Part shown: positions 49,377 to 58,654 of the stretch, piece after piece
Numbering within the stretch: position 1 is the first letter of the stretch
Layout of the letters: every line of letters begins with the position of its first letter
NCBI GenBank assembly: GCA_045589195.1
Contig: JAZNFY010000003.1
Span: 13,254-77,253, forward strand
Direction of reading: 5' to 3'
Length of the DNA: 64,000 nucleotides
DNA from: Faecousia sp.
Lineage (GTDB): Bacteria > Bacillota > Clostridia > Oscillospirales > Oscillospiraceae
Translations under genes and position numbers: made by a program
The notes under the pieces: generated by a model
Told to the model about the DNA's origin: nothing
Seen by the model: the letters and a program-made list of their open reading frames with translations, nothing else
Databases searched by the model: none

Positions 49377-50675
49377 ATGGGACTTCAATTATTGCAGGAA
49401 ATGAACGGAAAGGTCTGCGCCTGCGGCAAATGTCACAGCTTTGGTACGCAGGTGGTGTCCGGAAAAGGCGTACTCAATGGCTTGGGAGAAATTTTGGCGC
49501 AATTTTCGCCCAAAAAAGTGTTCGTTCTGGCGGATCAGAATACATATAAGGCGGCCGGAGAACAGGTTTGCCGAATTTTGGGTGAAGAAAAGATTCCCTA
49601 TGTCAGCTATATACTGCCCTGGGAAAAACCGGAACCCGACGAGCATAGTGTGGGCGCTGCGGTGATGCATTTTGACGGAAACTGCGATGTGGTGATTGCT
49701 GTGGGCTCCGGCGTGGTCAACGATATCGGAAAAATGCTCAGCGCAGTGGCGGGAACGCCTTATGTGATCGTGGCCACAGCGCCGTCTATGGACGGGTATG
49801 CCTCTGCCACGTCTTCCATGACCCGGGACGGACTGAAAGTGTCCATTAATACCAAGGCGGCAGACGTGATCATTGGCGATACGGAAATTTTGTGTAAGGC
49901 GCCGCTGCATCTGATGCGTTCGGGTTTGGGTGATATGCTTGCCAAATACGTAAGCATTTGCGAGTGGCGGATCTCTCATTTGATTACGGGAGAGTATTAC
50001 TGTGAAGAAGTGGCCCGGTTGGTGCGGGAGGCGTTAAAGCGCTGCGTGGATAACAGTCGTGGGCTGCTGAATCGGGATGAGGCCGCGGTGGAAGCGGTGT
50101 TTGAGGGCTTGGTTATTGGCGGTGTCGCCATGAATTATGCTGGACTTTCCCGGCCAGCCTCCGGCGTGGAGCATTATATTTCTCACGTGCTGGATATGCG
50201 TGGGGTGGAATTCCATACGCCTGTTGAGCTGCACGGCATCCAGTGCGCCGTGGGAACTTATCTTGCGGTTTCCATGTATGAAAAACTGAAAAAATGCCAA
50301 CCGGATCGGGAGCGGGCTTTGATGCATGCCCAGGAATTTGATTATGGAGTGTGGTGTGATGAGCTTCGCCGTTTTCTAGGCAAGGGAGCGGAGAGCATGA
50401 TTGTCCTGGAAGAGAAAGAGGGCAAGTACGATCTTTCCCAGCATGAAAAGCGGCTGAACATTATTTTGAAGTATTGGCCGGAGATTCTTAGCATTATGGA
50501 GCAGGAATTACCATCGATAAAAGAGCTGGAAGCATTATTGGACGATATGGGGATTCCTAAGACCTTGGAAGAGCTGGGAACGCCGGAGGAATATTTTCCA
50601 GTGATTCTCGCAGCTACCAGAGATATTCGGGATAAGTATGTGCTGTCCCGGCTGATGTGGGATCTGGGATTATAA
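49377..50675 (+). CDS. araM: sn-glycerol-1-phosphate dehydrogenase-like protein (AraM/EgsA)
   Basis: CACGKCH, GSGVVNDIGK, TAPSMDG, SRPASGVEHYISH, LHGIQ. Confidence 0.85.
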   Translation: MGLQLLQEMNGKVCACGKCHSFGTQVVSGKGVLNGLGEILAQFSPKKVFVLADQNTYKAAGEQVCRILGEEKIPYVSYILPWEKPEPDEHSVGAAVMHFDGNCDVVIAVGSGVVNDIGKMLSAVAGTPYVIVATAPSMDGYASATSSMTRDGLKVSINTKAADVIIGDTEILCKAPLHLMRSGLGDMLAKYVSICEWRISHLITGEYYCEEVARLVREALKRCVDNSRGLLNRDEAAVEAVFEGLVIGGVAMNYAGLSRPASGVEHYISHVLDMRGVEFHTPVELHGIQCAVGTYLAVSMYEKLKKCQPDRERALMHAQEFDYGVWCDELRRFLGKGAESMIVLEEKEGKYDLSQHEKRLNIILKYWPEILSIMEQELPSIKELEALLDDMGIPKTLEELGTPEEYFPVILAATRDIRDKYVLSRLMWDLGL

Positions 50676-50678
50676 AGG

Positions 50679-50710
50679 AAAAGCGGGAGGTTTGTAACCT
50701 CCCGCTTTTT
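50679..50710. terminator. Bidirectional terminator araM / MFS
   Basis: AAAAGCGGGAGGTT-TGT-AACCTCCCGCTTTT. Confidence 0.85.
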
Positions 50711-51977
50711 ATACTTGTTCAGCGTGCTGGGCAAGCCATTTTTTCTTATCCTTACTGCAAAGGAAATAAAGCAGCAGATAAAGGCCCAAAACCACAAGAT
50801 CCAGTACAGCAGCCACCCGGAAAACCGGAGAATAGCTGCCTAATCGGTCATAAAACAGGTTGGCGATAGGAGTCGCCAGCATACTTGCCAGGTTCACCAG
50901 GGACAGGAAAATGCCCGTGGTACTGCCGTAAGATTGATAACCGAACAGGTTCATCGCCAGCATGGGAATGGTGATGGTGGTGGTCAGCAGGCTGAATGCG
51001 TGGATAACAATGGCAAAATAGGAAACGATGGGATTGGAAACATCGCACAGGAGCCATTGACTGATGGCCGCGCAGATCATACAGATCGCAGTAACCTTTT
51101 TGGCGTTGATTTTATCAATTAGCCAGCCGCCCAGCAGCTTTGAAACGGAGAGAATCAGCATTAAGATACTGTAATAGCCGGAAGCCTCTGTTTGGGAAAA
51201 ACCGTTATCCTGAAAATGGGGAACCAGCACCGTGAAGGTAAGGTATACGCAGGTGCAGGAAAGCAGAGTACACAGGATCATCAAATAAAATTGGGGTTGA
51301 CGAAGAAGTTCCTGAAAGGTGCGGCCTGCCCATTCAGCGTGCTTCATGTCCTTTTTGCTGGGCGTCTTCATCGAGTGATAGTCGCCGTAAGGTGTAAGGC
51401 CCATTTGGCTGGGATTGTCCCGTAAGGCAAAATAGGTAATGGCTACTACAATGATCAGCAGCGCGGTAAGGATAAAGGCAAATTGCCAGCTGTTGCGGAC
51501 GATAATTTCCGTGAGCACCGTAGTCATTAGGCTGCCGCCGATGCCTGTTGCCATGGAGATCACGCCCAGCATCAAGCCCTGGTGCTTTTTAAACCAGCTT
51601 TTGACGATGCGTACCACACCTGCGGTGGTACATACGCCGCAGGCAAGGCCAAAAAGACTGTTGGAAACGGCGAACATGGAAAGGGTGCGGGAAAATGCCA
51701 TGAGTAAAAGCGAGCCTGCGCCCAAAAACAGGGAGAAGATCGCGGATTTCCGGTAACCGAAATGGTAAAAAAGGTATCCGGTGCACAGCGTGCTTAAAAA
51801 TGCGAATATTGAGCGGGCGGTGACTGCCAGTGAGTAAGCGCCCCGGGTGATGCCCAGAGATTCTGTGATGGGAACGGTAAAAACACTGAAACTGTTGACA
51901 AATCCTGCGAAAATGATGGTTTCTATAAAAACGATTAAAGCAACGACCCAATGGTAATGTTTTTTAATCCCACGCAC
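50709..51977 (-). CDS. MFS transporter (OFA/MCT-like)
   Basis: 12 hydrophobic segments, WF.KHQG motif, GWLIDKI. Confidence 0.88.
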   Translation of the reverse strand: MRGIKKHYHWVVALIVFIETIIFAGFVNSFSVFTVPITESLGITRGAYSLAVTARSIFAFLSTLCTGYLFYHFGYRKSAIFSLFLGAGSLLLMAFSRTLSMFAVSNSLFGLACGVCTTAGVVRIVKSWFKKHQGLMLGVISMATGIGGSLMTTVLTEIIVRNSWQFAFILTALLIIVVAITYFALRDNPSQMGLTPYGDYHSMKTPSKKDMKHAEWAGRTFQELLRQPQFYLMILCTLLSCTCVYLTFTVLVPHFQDNGFSQTEASGYYSILMLILSVSKLLGGWLIDKINAKKVTAICMICAAISQWLLCDVSNPIVSYFAIVIHAFSLLTTTITIPMLAMNLFGYQSYGSTTGIFLSLVNLASMLATPIANLFYDRLGSYSPVFRVAAVLDLVVLGLYLLLYFLCSKDKKKWLAQHAEQV

Positions 51978-52049
51978 GTGACAGTGCCTTCTTTCTTCCG
52001 GTAATTCCGCATGGTCAAGTATAGCACGTATTTTGCATTTTGCAAGGGG

Positions 52050-53621
52050 TTATTTTAGCGCAGCGGCGGCTCGCTGGGCCGGAAGACACGCTTTATAGCG
52101 GCGGATATAGGCCTCAAAGCCTGTCACGCCTGCCGGGTCGGGGGAGATGCAGGTGCTCTTGGCATCGGCAAAGACCCGGTTTTGCAGGAAGCTTTCTATG
52201 GTCTCGCCGGGAGCTTTGTTCACCATATAGCTTGCCAGCAGAGCCATGCCCCAAGGGCCGCCCTCGCCGGCGGTATCCATGGTGGTAATGTTCACATTCA
52301 GCGCATCGGCAAGCAGCTGCTGACCGACACCGGGGGTTTTGAAAAAGCCGCCGTGGCCCAAGAGCCGGTCTGATTCCACCTGCTCTTTTTCTTTCAGCAT
52401 ATCCATGCCCAGCTTCAAAGTGGCAATAGCGCCGTTTAATTGGGCGCGCATGAAGTTGGCGATGGTCATTTTGCTTTCCGGGAGGCGGATCAGCATGGGT
52501 CTGCCGGTTTCCGTTTGGGAAAGGGGCTCGCCGGCAAAATAGTTGTAGGAGATGATGCCACTGCAATCTGGGTCCCCTTCCAGCGCTTTGCCAAAAAGGG
52601 TGGGGTAGAGCAGATTTATGTCCGCTTCGTGCCCCAATGCCGTCAGGGCGTCGGCGATGAGCTTGACCCAGGCGTCTGCCTCGGAAACGCAGGTGTTGGT
52701 GTGGGCCATGGCCACAGGTCTGCCGGCAGGGGTGACCACCACGTCAATTTCCGGGTAATAGCCTTTCAAGGGGCGTTCCAGCACTTGCAGAGAGAATGCG
52801 GAAGTACCGGCGGAAATACTGCCTGTGCGGGGCAGAACTGCGCCGGTGGCCACCATGCCTGTGGCGGCGTCACCTTCCGGTGGGCAAAGGGGGATTCCCG
52901 CTTCCAGTTGGCCGCTTTCGTCTAAAAGGGCCGCGCCCCGGGCAGTTAATGTGCCGCTGTCTGTGCCAACGGGAACGATGGTAGGCAGAATGTCTTTCAA
53001 TTTCCAGGGGAAGTGACGGCTTTCGATGAGCGCGTCAAACTGCGCCAGACGGCTGCTGTCATAATCGCCGGTATCGCTGTCGTATGGGAACATACCCGAG
53101 GCTTCTCCTGCACCGATGACAAAGTTTCCTGTGAGCAGGTAATGGATATAGCCGCTGAGTGTGGTTAGGTGGCAAATGTCTTTTACGTGAGGCTCGTTGT
53201 TCAAAATAGCTTGGTACAGATGTGCGATGCTCCAACGCTGGGGAATGTTGAACCGGAACAGCGCTGTCAGTGCCTCTGCCGCGGGGGCAGTGATGGTGTT
53301 GTGCCAGGTGCGGAAGGGGGCAAGCTGCTGATTGTTTTGATTCAGAACCAGATAACCGTGCATCATGCCGGAAATGCCAATGGCGGCCACCTTTGTTAAG
53401 GGTTGGCCGTATTTGTTTTCTACATCCCGGCGAAGATCGGTGTAGCAGGCCCGGACGCCCGCTACGGCCTTTTCCAAAGGATACGTCCAGACACCGTCGG
53501 TCAGATCATTTTCCCAGCAGTAGCTGCCGGAGGCTACGCAGCGGTAGTCTTTGTCAATGAGGACGGCCTTGATCCGGGTGGAGCCCAGTTCGATGCCCAG
53601 AACAGTATTATTAAGATTCAT
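52050..53621 (-). CDS. FGGY pentulose kinase (AraK-type L-ribulokinase / xylulokinase)
   Basis: LGIELGSTRIKAVL, GISGMMHGY, PPEGDA, SAGTSAF, EGGPWG. Confidence 0.85.
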   Translation of the reverse strand: MNLNNTVLGIELGSTRIKAVLIDKDYRCVASGSYCWENDLTDGVWTYPLEKAVAGVRACYTDLRRDVENKYGQPLTKVAAIGISGMMHGYLVLNQNNQQLAPFRTWHNTITAPAAEALTALFRFNIPQRWSIAHLYQAILNNEPHVKDICHLTTLSGYIHYLLTGNFVIGAGEASGMFPYDSDTGDYDSSRLAQFDALIESRHFPWKLKDILPTIVPVGTDSGTLTARGAALLDESGQLEAGIPLCPPEGDAATGMVATGAVLPRTGSISAGTSAFSLQVLERPLKGYYPEIDVVVTPAGRPVAMAHTNTCVSEADAWVKLIADALTALGHEADINLLYPTLFGKALEGDPDCSGIISYNYFAGEPLSQTETGRPMLIRLPESKMTIANFMRAQLNGAIATLKLGMDMLKEKEQVESDRLLGHGGFFKTPGVGQQLLADALNVNITTMDTAGEGGPWGMALLASYMVNKAPGETIESFLQNRVFADAKSTCISPDPAGVTGFEAYIRRYKACLPAQRAAAALK

Positions 53622-53637
53622 AGCAATACTCCTTTTG

Positions 53638-53667
53638 AAAAAAGCCTCCCAAAAGGGAGGCTTTTTG
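53638..53667 (-). terminator. Terminator-like hairpin after SorE-like gene
   Basis: AAAAAGCCTCCC-AAAA-GGGAGGCTTTTT. Confidence 0.75.
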
Positions 53668-53672
53668 TTGGA

Positions 53673-54932
53673 TTAGATGGCTTTGGCGTTGGCCAGCAGA
53701 TATCTTTCGGCCTCGGCGCTCCACAGATTGTTGTGGGCTTTGCAGATGCGATCCAACTCTGCAAACAGAGGGTCGGTCTTGCCCGCTTCTTCAAAGTCCG
53801 CAATGGCAGTAAGAGGCAGGTCAATGTGGTTGTAAATGAGCTTTTTGCCGCCGGGAATGCTGGGCAGATTCTTCACGGTATCCACCACTGCGTTCAGGCC
53901 GCCGATGTGGGTGACCAGAGCGGCGGGGTTGAGCTTGCCGGCACTCATCATGGCGATGGCTTCCCGCAGGTCGTCGCCGTTGCCGCCGGATGTGCCCACC
54001 ACGTGGGTGTACAGGTAGTGAACGTTGTACCAGTTAAAGGGAGCTTTGAACTGCGTGTCGGTAGGACCGGCGAAGAAGTTCAGGCAGCCGTCGTAACCAA
54101 GGATATCACCGGCCTGCTCAATAAGGGGCTTGACAGGGGCAAAGCAGATGACATCGTCGTAGCCGGTGCCGCCGGTAAGGCTGCGCAGATACTCAGTGGC
54201 GTTTTCCATCTTGGTGTTTACGTAGTGCAGCTCGATACCCTGCTTTTTGGCCTCTTCCACAGTGTAGATGGAAGCGGCGCGCTCCAAACGGGCGTCGTCA
54301 ATGTCCGTAACCACCAGCAGGCTGGGACGGCGGTCGCAGTGCAGTGCATAGTCGATAGCGCCCAGACCCATGGGGCCGACGGAAGCCAGCATGGCCATTT
54401 TGCCGCCTTCTTTGATGCCCATTTCGTGGACGTAGGAGCCGGCCTTGGTGTGGTACATGGCGTGGAAAGTGCCAACTACGCAGCTGATGGGTTCAGCCAG
54501 AGAGCCGTAAAAGTATGCGTCGGCATTGTAGGGCAGCAGACAGTCCATGAGCAGGGTCTCGATGGGCACATTGCCGTACTGGGAAGAGCCGCCGCAGAAC
54601 TGATAGGAGTAGCCGGGAGCCATCTGAGAGCCCTTGTAGTAGTGAGCAGGCTGAATGGCGAACTTGTCGCCGACCTTATATTTGTGTTTCCAGTTTTCGC
54701 CTACGGCAATGATGTCGCCGCAGAACTCGTGACCCACAATGGTGGGGTTCACGGCGCAATCGTCGGGAACGCGCTTATGATCTTCGCCTTCCAGGACGGC
54801 TTTGTAGGTGGACATACATACGGAGTCGGAAACAACACGGATCTGCACGTCATCGGGGCCCAGCTCAGGCAGGGTGATCTCGTCTAACCGCAGGTCGTTC
54901 TTGCCGTGGATTCTGGCAGCTTTGGTTTTCAT
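53673..54932 (-). CDS. Zinc-dependent MDR, L-sorbose-1-phosphate reductase (SorE)-like
   Basis: VVSDSVCMSTYK, GHEFCG, FAIQPA, LAEPISC, GPMGLGAIDY, GTSGG; lacks the structural-Zn 4-Cys lobe, as SorE does. Confidence 0.85.
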   Translation of the reverse strand: MKTKAARIHGKNDLRLDEITLPELGPDDVQIRVVSDSVCMSTYKAVLEGEDHKRVPDDCAVNPTIVGHEFCGDIIAVGENWKHKYKVGDKFAIQPAHYYKGSQMAPGYSYQFCGGSSQYGNVPIETLLMDCLLPYNADAYFYGSLAEPISCVVGTFHAMYHTKAGSYVHEMGIKEGGKMAMLASVGPMGLGAIDYALHCDRRPSLLVVTDIDDARLERAASIYTVEEAKKQGIELHYVNTKMENATEYLRSLTGGTGYDDVICFAPVKPLIEQAGDILGYDGCLNFFAGPTDTQFKAPFNWYNVHYLYTHVVGTSGGNGDDLREAIAMMSAGKLNPAALVTHIGGLNAVVDTVKNLPSIPGGKKLIYNHIDLPLTAIADFEEAGKTDPLFAELDRICKAHNNLWSAEAERYLLANAKAI

Positions 54933-54958
54933 ATCAATTTCCTCCTTAGAGAATGTTT

Positions 54959-56110
54959 TTATTGTTTTTCGTGCTCAATGAGCTTCCAGGTGGCGTCGAT
55001 CAGATTCTGGAACAGGGGGTTTTCCATGGCTTTGATGATGAAGCTCTGGCGGGGGGTGTTGATGTCCTCACCGGAAATTTGGAACATGCCGTAATCGTCG
55101 CACAGTTTCCGCAGACGGGTCAGCTGTTGGGGGGTGTTTCGGGTGGGCATGTAGGTGACTGCCTTGACGCCCTCTTCTTTGAGACATTCAAATACGTCGT
55201 CCAGATAATCGTCTTCAAATTTTTGCGCTTTTTTGTCGCCGGTGACGCTGTCGCCCACGTCGCCCAGGTAAGCATAACACAGATAGGCATCAATGTCACG
55301 GCAAAGTTTTACCATGTCGGAAAGCTTGGGACACTCATCGGTGGCATCCACAAAGATCTGGGGAACAAATGCGCCTTTGAGCATACCAAGAAGATCGTAC
55401 TCATAGAAAGGATATTCTAAGTCCAGCATTTGGGCGCGCTGTTTTTCACTGAGGTGCAGACCCATCTGGGTGAGTTTTTCAATCATCGGTTCACCCTTGC
55501 CCACTTCCTTGACCAGCCGAATTGCCAGCGCATACATCAGGTGACGCTCGGTGACTCCGCCAAACTCGTGAGCCATGGACAGGGGCAGTACGTCCCGGTC
55601 ATAGTCCATGTCAAGGTTCAAAAGGCGGTTGATGTTGTCAATCATTTTCCGGTTCCGGGCGTGACGGGCAGCCTGGTAGGGCTTAAAAAACTCCGTAAGA
55701 ACAGAGATTTTGTCATGGGGAACGGATTGAATGGTCATGTAGCTGACGCCCTCCTGATCTGGGTTGTTGGTGCGGCGACCTTCCAAACGGGTGCCGTCCA
55801 TGGAGACCCGGGTTTCCATGCCGATGGTTACAGGCATGTCAATAATGGCGGCCGCCTCTAAAAACTCCTCTGCGCCGGAAATGGAATCGTGATCGATGAT
55901 ACCGGCGGTGCACAGACCCTCCATCCGGGCGGCGTAGACTGCGGCGGTGGGAGAGTAGGGCGAGAAGGAATAGGTGGTGTGGATGTGATTGTTGATGTAC
56001 TGGCTCACCATGGGCGGGAACTGAGTTTGGGGCAGAATAGCCTTTAAATTTGCCAGCCGCTCTTGCTTCGTGGGTGCATTAAGCAGATTTAAAACTGCAA
56101 TATCAATCAT
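54959..56110 (-). CDS. PHP-domain metallo-phosphoesterase-like protein
   Basis: NNHIHTTYS, GIIDHDS, GMET, ERHL, SGEDIN. Confidence 0.82.
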   Translation of the reverse strand: MIDIAVLNLLNAPTKQERLANLKAILPQTQFPPMVSQYINNHIHTTYSFSPYSPTAAVYAARMEGLCTAGIIDHDSISGAEEFLEAAAIIDMPVTIGMETRVSMDGTRLEGRRTNNPDQEGVSYMTIQSVPHDKISVLTEFFKPYQAARHARNRKMIDNINRLLNLDMDYDRDVLPLSMAHEFGGVTERHLMYALAIRLVKEVGKGEPMIEKLTQMGLHLSEKQRAQMLDLEYPFYEYDLLGMLKGAFVPQIFVDATDECPKLSDMVKLCRDIDAYLCYAYLGDVGDSVTGDKKAQKFEDDYLDDVFECLKEEGVKAVTYMPTRNTPQQLTRLRKLCDDYGMFQISGEDINTPRQSFIIKAMENPLFQNLIDATWKLIEHEKQ

Positions 56111-56121
56111 AAAAATTCCCC

Positions 56122-57000
56122 TTAGTTCAGCATGACCTGACCGCCGGTTACGGGCAGGGCCTGGCCGGTCTCGTAGGTCTGCTCCACGCAGTACATAACT
56201 GCCCGGGCAACGTCAATGGGCAGGCAGCCCCGGTTCATGGGAGCCTTTGCCTCATAGAAGCGACGCACATCTTCTACGGTCTTGGCGCCGGGCACCTTGC
56301 CGGCTTTCAGATACTGCACGAACAGGCCCTTTTCCGGGTCGGACCACAGGGGGCCGTCCAGATAGTTGCCGGGGCAGATGGCGTTGACTTTGATGTTGTA
56401 AGCGCAAAGCTCCAATGCGAAGGACTGTACAAGGCCGATGGCGCCAAACTTGGAGCCGGCGTAGGCAAAGTTCTTGTTGGAGCCTTCCAGGCCGGACTTG
56501 GAGGACATGGCGATAATGTCAAAGGTAGCGGTGGGGTCAGCCTCGTGCTGCGCCTGCATGATGATGGCTGCGTACTTGCAGGTCAGGAACAGGCCGGTGT
56601 AGTTGATGGCGGTGACAAAGTCGAAATCCTTTTTCTCAAAGTCCGCGATGGGGCCGGAGCGGACCACGCCTGCGTTGGCGACCATAATATCCAGTCCGCC
56701 AAACTTTTCTACGGTCTGAGCCACCATATTGGCGCAGCTTTCCTCATCGGACACGTTCACGGCCAAGGCCCATGCCCGGTCACCCATTTCCTTGGCTACG
56801 GTTTCCGCCAGGGGAAGGTTCATATCTGCGATGATGACAGTAGCGCCTTCTTTGTACAGCTCCTCTGCAATGCCTTTGCCGAAGCCCTGGGCAGCACCGG
56901 TGACGATGGTGATCTTACCGGCCAGGCGGCCCTCACCGGCGGGACGGTTGTGAATGTTTTTTTTGGCTATTTCAGCCCATTTGCTCATATCTACGCTCAT
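56122..57000 (-). CDS. SDR, sorbitol-6-phosphate 2-dehydrogenase (SrlD/SorD)-like
   Basis: TGAAQGFG, ANAG, SKSG..GS.KN.AYAGSKFG (YxxxK), QSFALEL, TGQALPVTGGQVM. Confidence 0.87.
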   Translation of the reverse strand: MSVDMSKWAEIAKKNIHNRPAGEGRLAGKITIVTGAAQGFGKGIAEELYKEGATVIIADMNLPLAETVAKEMGDRAWALAVNVSDEESCANMVAQTVEKFGGLDIMVANAGVVRSGPIADFEKKDFDFVTAINYTGLFLTCKYAAIIMQAQHEADPTATFDIIAMSSKSGLEGSNKNFAYAGSKFGAIGLVQSFALELCAYNIKVNAICPGNYLDGPLWSDPEKGLFVQYLKAGKVPGAKTVEDVRRFYEAKAPMNRGCLPIDVARAVMYCVEQTYETGQALPVTGGQVMLN

Positions 57001-57012
57001 GATATTGCCTCC

Positions 57013-58488
57013 TTAGGATAAATAGGATAGTAATTTTTGATAGGCCTGTTCCCACTGCTCGGTGTGGTGGGGAGTCCAGTTTTCTACGGTTTCCGAATTG
57101 CGGACGATCTGCCGCAGGTGGTCCAGATCCTTGATATCGCCCAGCGCCATGGCCTGGGTAAGCAGATTGCCGATGGCAGCGCCCTCCACAGGGCCGGTAA
57201 TGACTTCCCGGTCAAGGGAATCGGCGATGAGCTGGTTTAAGAACCGGTTGTTGATGGGACCGCCCACGATATTCAGGGAGTCAATGCGCTGCCCTTTCAT
57301 CTTTTCCAGACCTTCCAGGGCGTACCGGTATTTCAGCGCCAGAGATTCGTAGACGCACCGGGCGATCTGACCGACAGTTTCCGGAATGGGCTGGTTGGTG
57401 CGGCGGCAGAAGTCCTGGATTTTCTGTTCCATGTTGCCGCCGGAGTAAAATTCGGGGGAGTCCGGGTTGATGATGGAGCGGAAGGGCTCCGCTGCCCGGG
57501 CCTGATTGACCACGCCGTCCCAGGAGATGTTCATGCCGTTTTTCATCCAATCCCGGCGACATTCCTGAATGATCCACATGCCAATAATGGTTTGCAGGGG
57601 ACGGAAGCCACCCTGGATCGTACCTTCGTTGGAGAAACCGGCGGCAGCGGCTTCGGGGCGCAGATCCGGAGTGTCCATTTCCGCGCCAAACAGTGACCAT
57701 GTGCCGGAGGAGCAGAAGGCGAAACTTCCGCTGCCGGGGATTGCGGCTACCGCAGAGGCAGTGTCATGGCTGCCAACGGCTACAAAAGCGGCGGGGTTTA
57801 TGCCCAGTTCCTGGCACAGTTCCGGACGAAGATGGCCGCGAACAGTACCGGTTTTGTCGATTTTTGTAAAGATTTTTCTGGGCAGATCCAGTTCGTCGAT
57901 GGTCTCCCAGTCCCAATCCTTGGTGGTGGGATTATAAAGCTGGGTGGTAGTGGCGATGGTGTATTCCGTGCCTTTTTCGCCGGTGAGGAAATAGCCCAGC
58001 AGGTCCGGGGTCAAAAGCAGAGTGTCAGCGATCTGTAATGCTGCGTCATCTTCCCGCTTCCTGCGGTAAAGCTGATAAAGGGTGTTGAAAGCCAGAGAAG
58101 TGTCGATGCCGCTGCGGCTGTACAGCACCTGTTCGGGAATTTTCGTTTTTACGGCATCAATATCTTCCTGCGTACCCAGGCGGTAAGACCGGGGGATGCC
58201 CGCAAGGTGACCGTTTTTGTCCAGCAGGCCGTAGTCTACGCCCCAAGTGTCGATGCCAAAGGAGTCCAGCTCGCCGTAACTGCCCTGCTGAAAGGCCAGC
58301 AGGCCCTGTTTTAGTTGATTATAGAGGTAGGGCGTGTCCCAATAGAATACGCCGCCCATTTCGATGTAGTTGTTTTCGAAGCGGTGCAGCTCGGTCATGG
58401 TGATTTTCTCACCGTCAAATTGACCCAGAATCGCCCGGCCGTTACTGGCGCCCAGGTCAAACGCAATAAAGTTTTTGATTTTTGCCAT
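57013..58488 (-). CDS. Rhamnulokinase/fuculokinase-like FGGY kinase
   Basis: AFDLGASNGR, GIDTWGVDY, NTLYQL, SHDTASA, SSGTWSL, FSNEG. Confidence 0.88.
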   Translation of the reverse strand: MAKIKNFIAFDLGASNGRAILGQFDGEKITMTELHRFENNYIEMGGVFYWDTPYLYNQLKQGLLAFQQGSYGELDSFGIDTWGVDYGLLDKNGHLAGIPRSYRLGTQEDIDAVKTKIPEQVLYSRSGIDTSLAFNTLYQLYRRKREDDAALQIADTLLLTPDLLGYFLTGEKGTEYTIATTTQLYNPTTKDWDWETIDELDLPRKIFTKIDKTGTVRGHLRPELCQELGINPAAFVAVGSHDTASAVAAIPGSGSFAFCSSGTWSLFGAEMDTPDLRPEAAAAGFSNEGTIQGGFRPLQTIIGMWIIQECRRDWMKNGMNISWDGVVNQARAAEPFRSIINPDSPEFYSGGNMEQKIQDFCRRTNQPIPETVGQIARCVYESLALKYRYALEGLEKMKGQRIDSLNIVGGPINNRFLNQLIADSLDREVITGPVEGAAIGNLLTQAMALGDIKDLDHLRQIVRNSETVENWTPHHTEQWEQAYQKLLSYLS

Positions 58489-58527
58489 TTTGCTACCTCC
58501 CTGATTTACAGTTCAAAGCTATTAATT

Positions 58528-58557
58528 ATTATACAATTAGCAGCTTTCAGCTGTCAA
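58528..58557 (-). promoter_or_regulatory. Internal sigma-A promoter for the catabolic genes
   Basis: Minus strand TTGACA-18 nt-TATAAT upstream of the kinase RBS GGAGG. Confidence 0.65.
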
Positions 58558-58579
58558 GCAGAGCAAGGGTTTTCTTTAA

Positions 58580-58612
58580 GAAAACCGGCACCACCGAAGT
58601 GGTGCCGGTCGG
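58580..58612 (-). terminator. Terminator after sugar-binding protein gene
   Basis: ACCGGCACCAC-TTCG-GTGGTGCCGGT-TTTC on the minus strand. Confidence 0.8.
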
Positions 58613-58654
58613 TTTTAGCCGTTTACTTTATAACTGTTGTAAAAAGCTTGGGGA

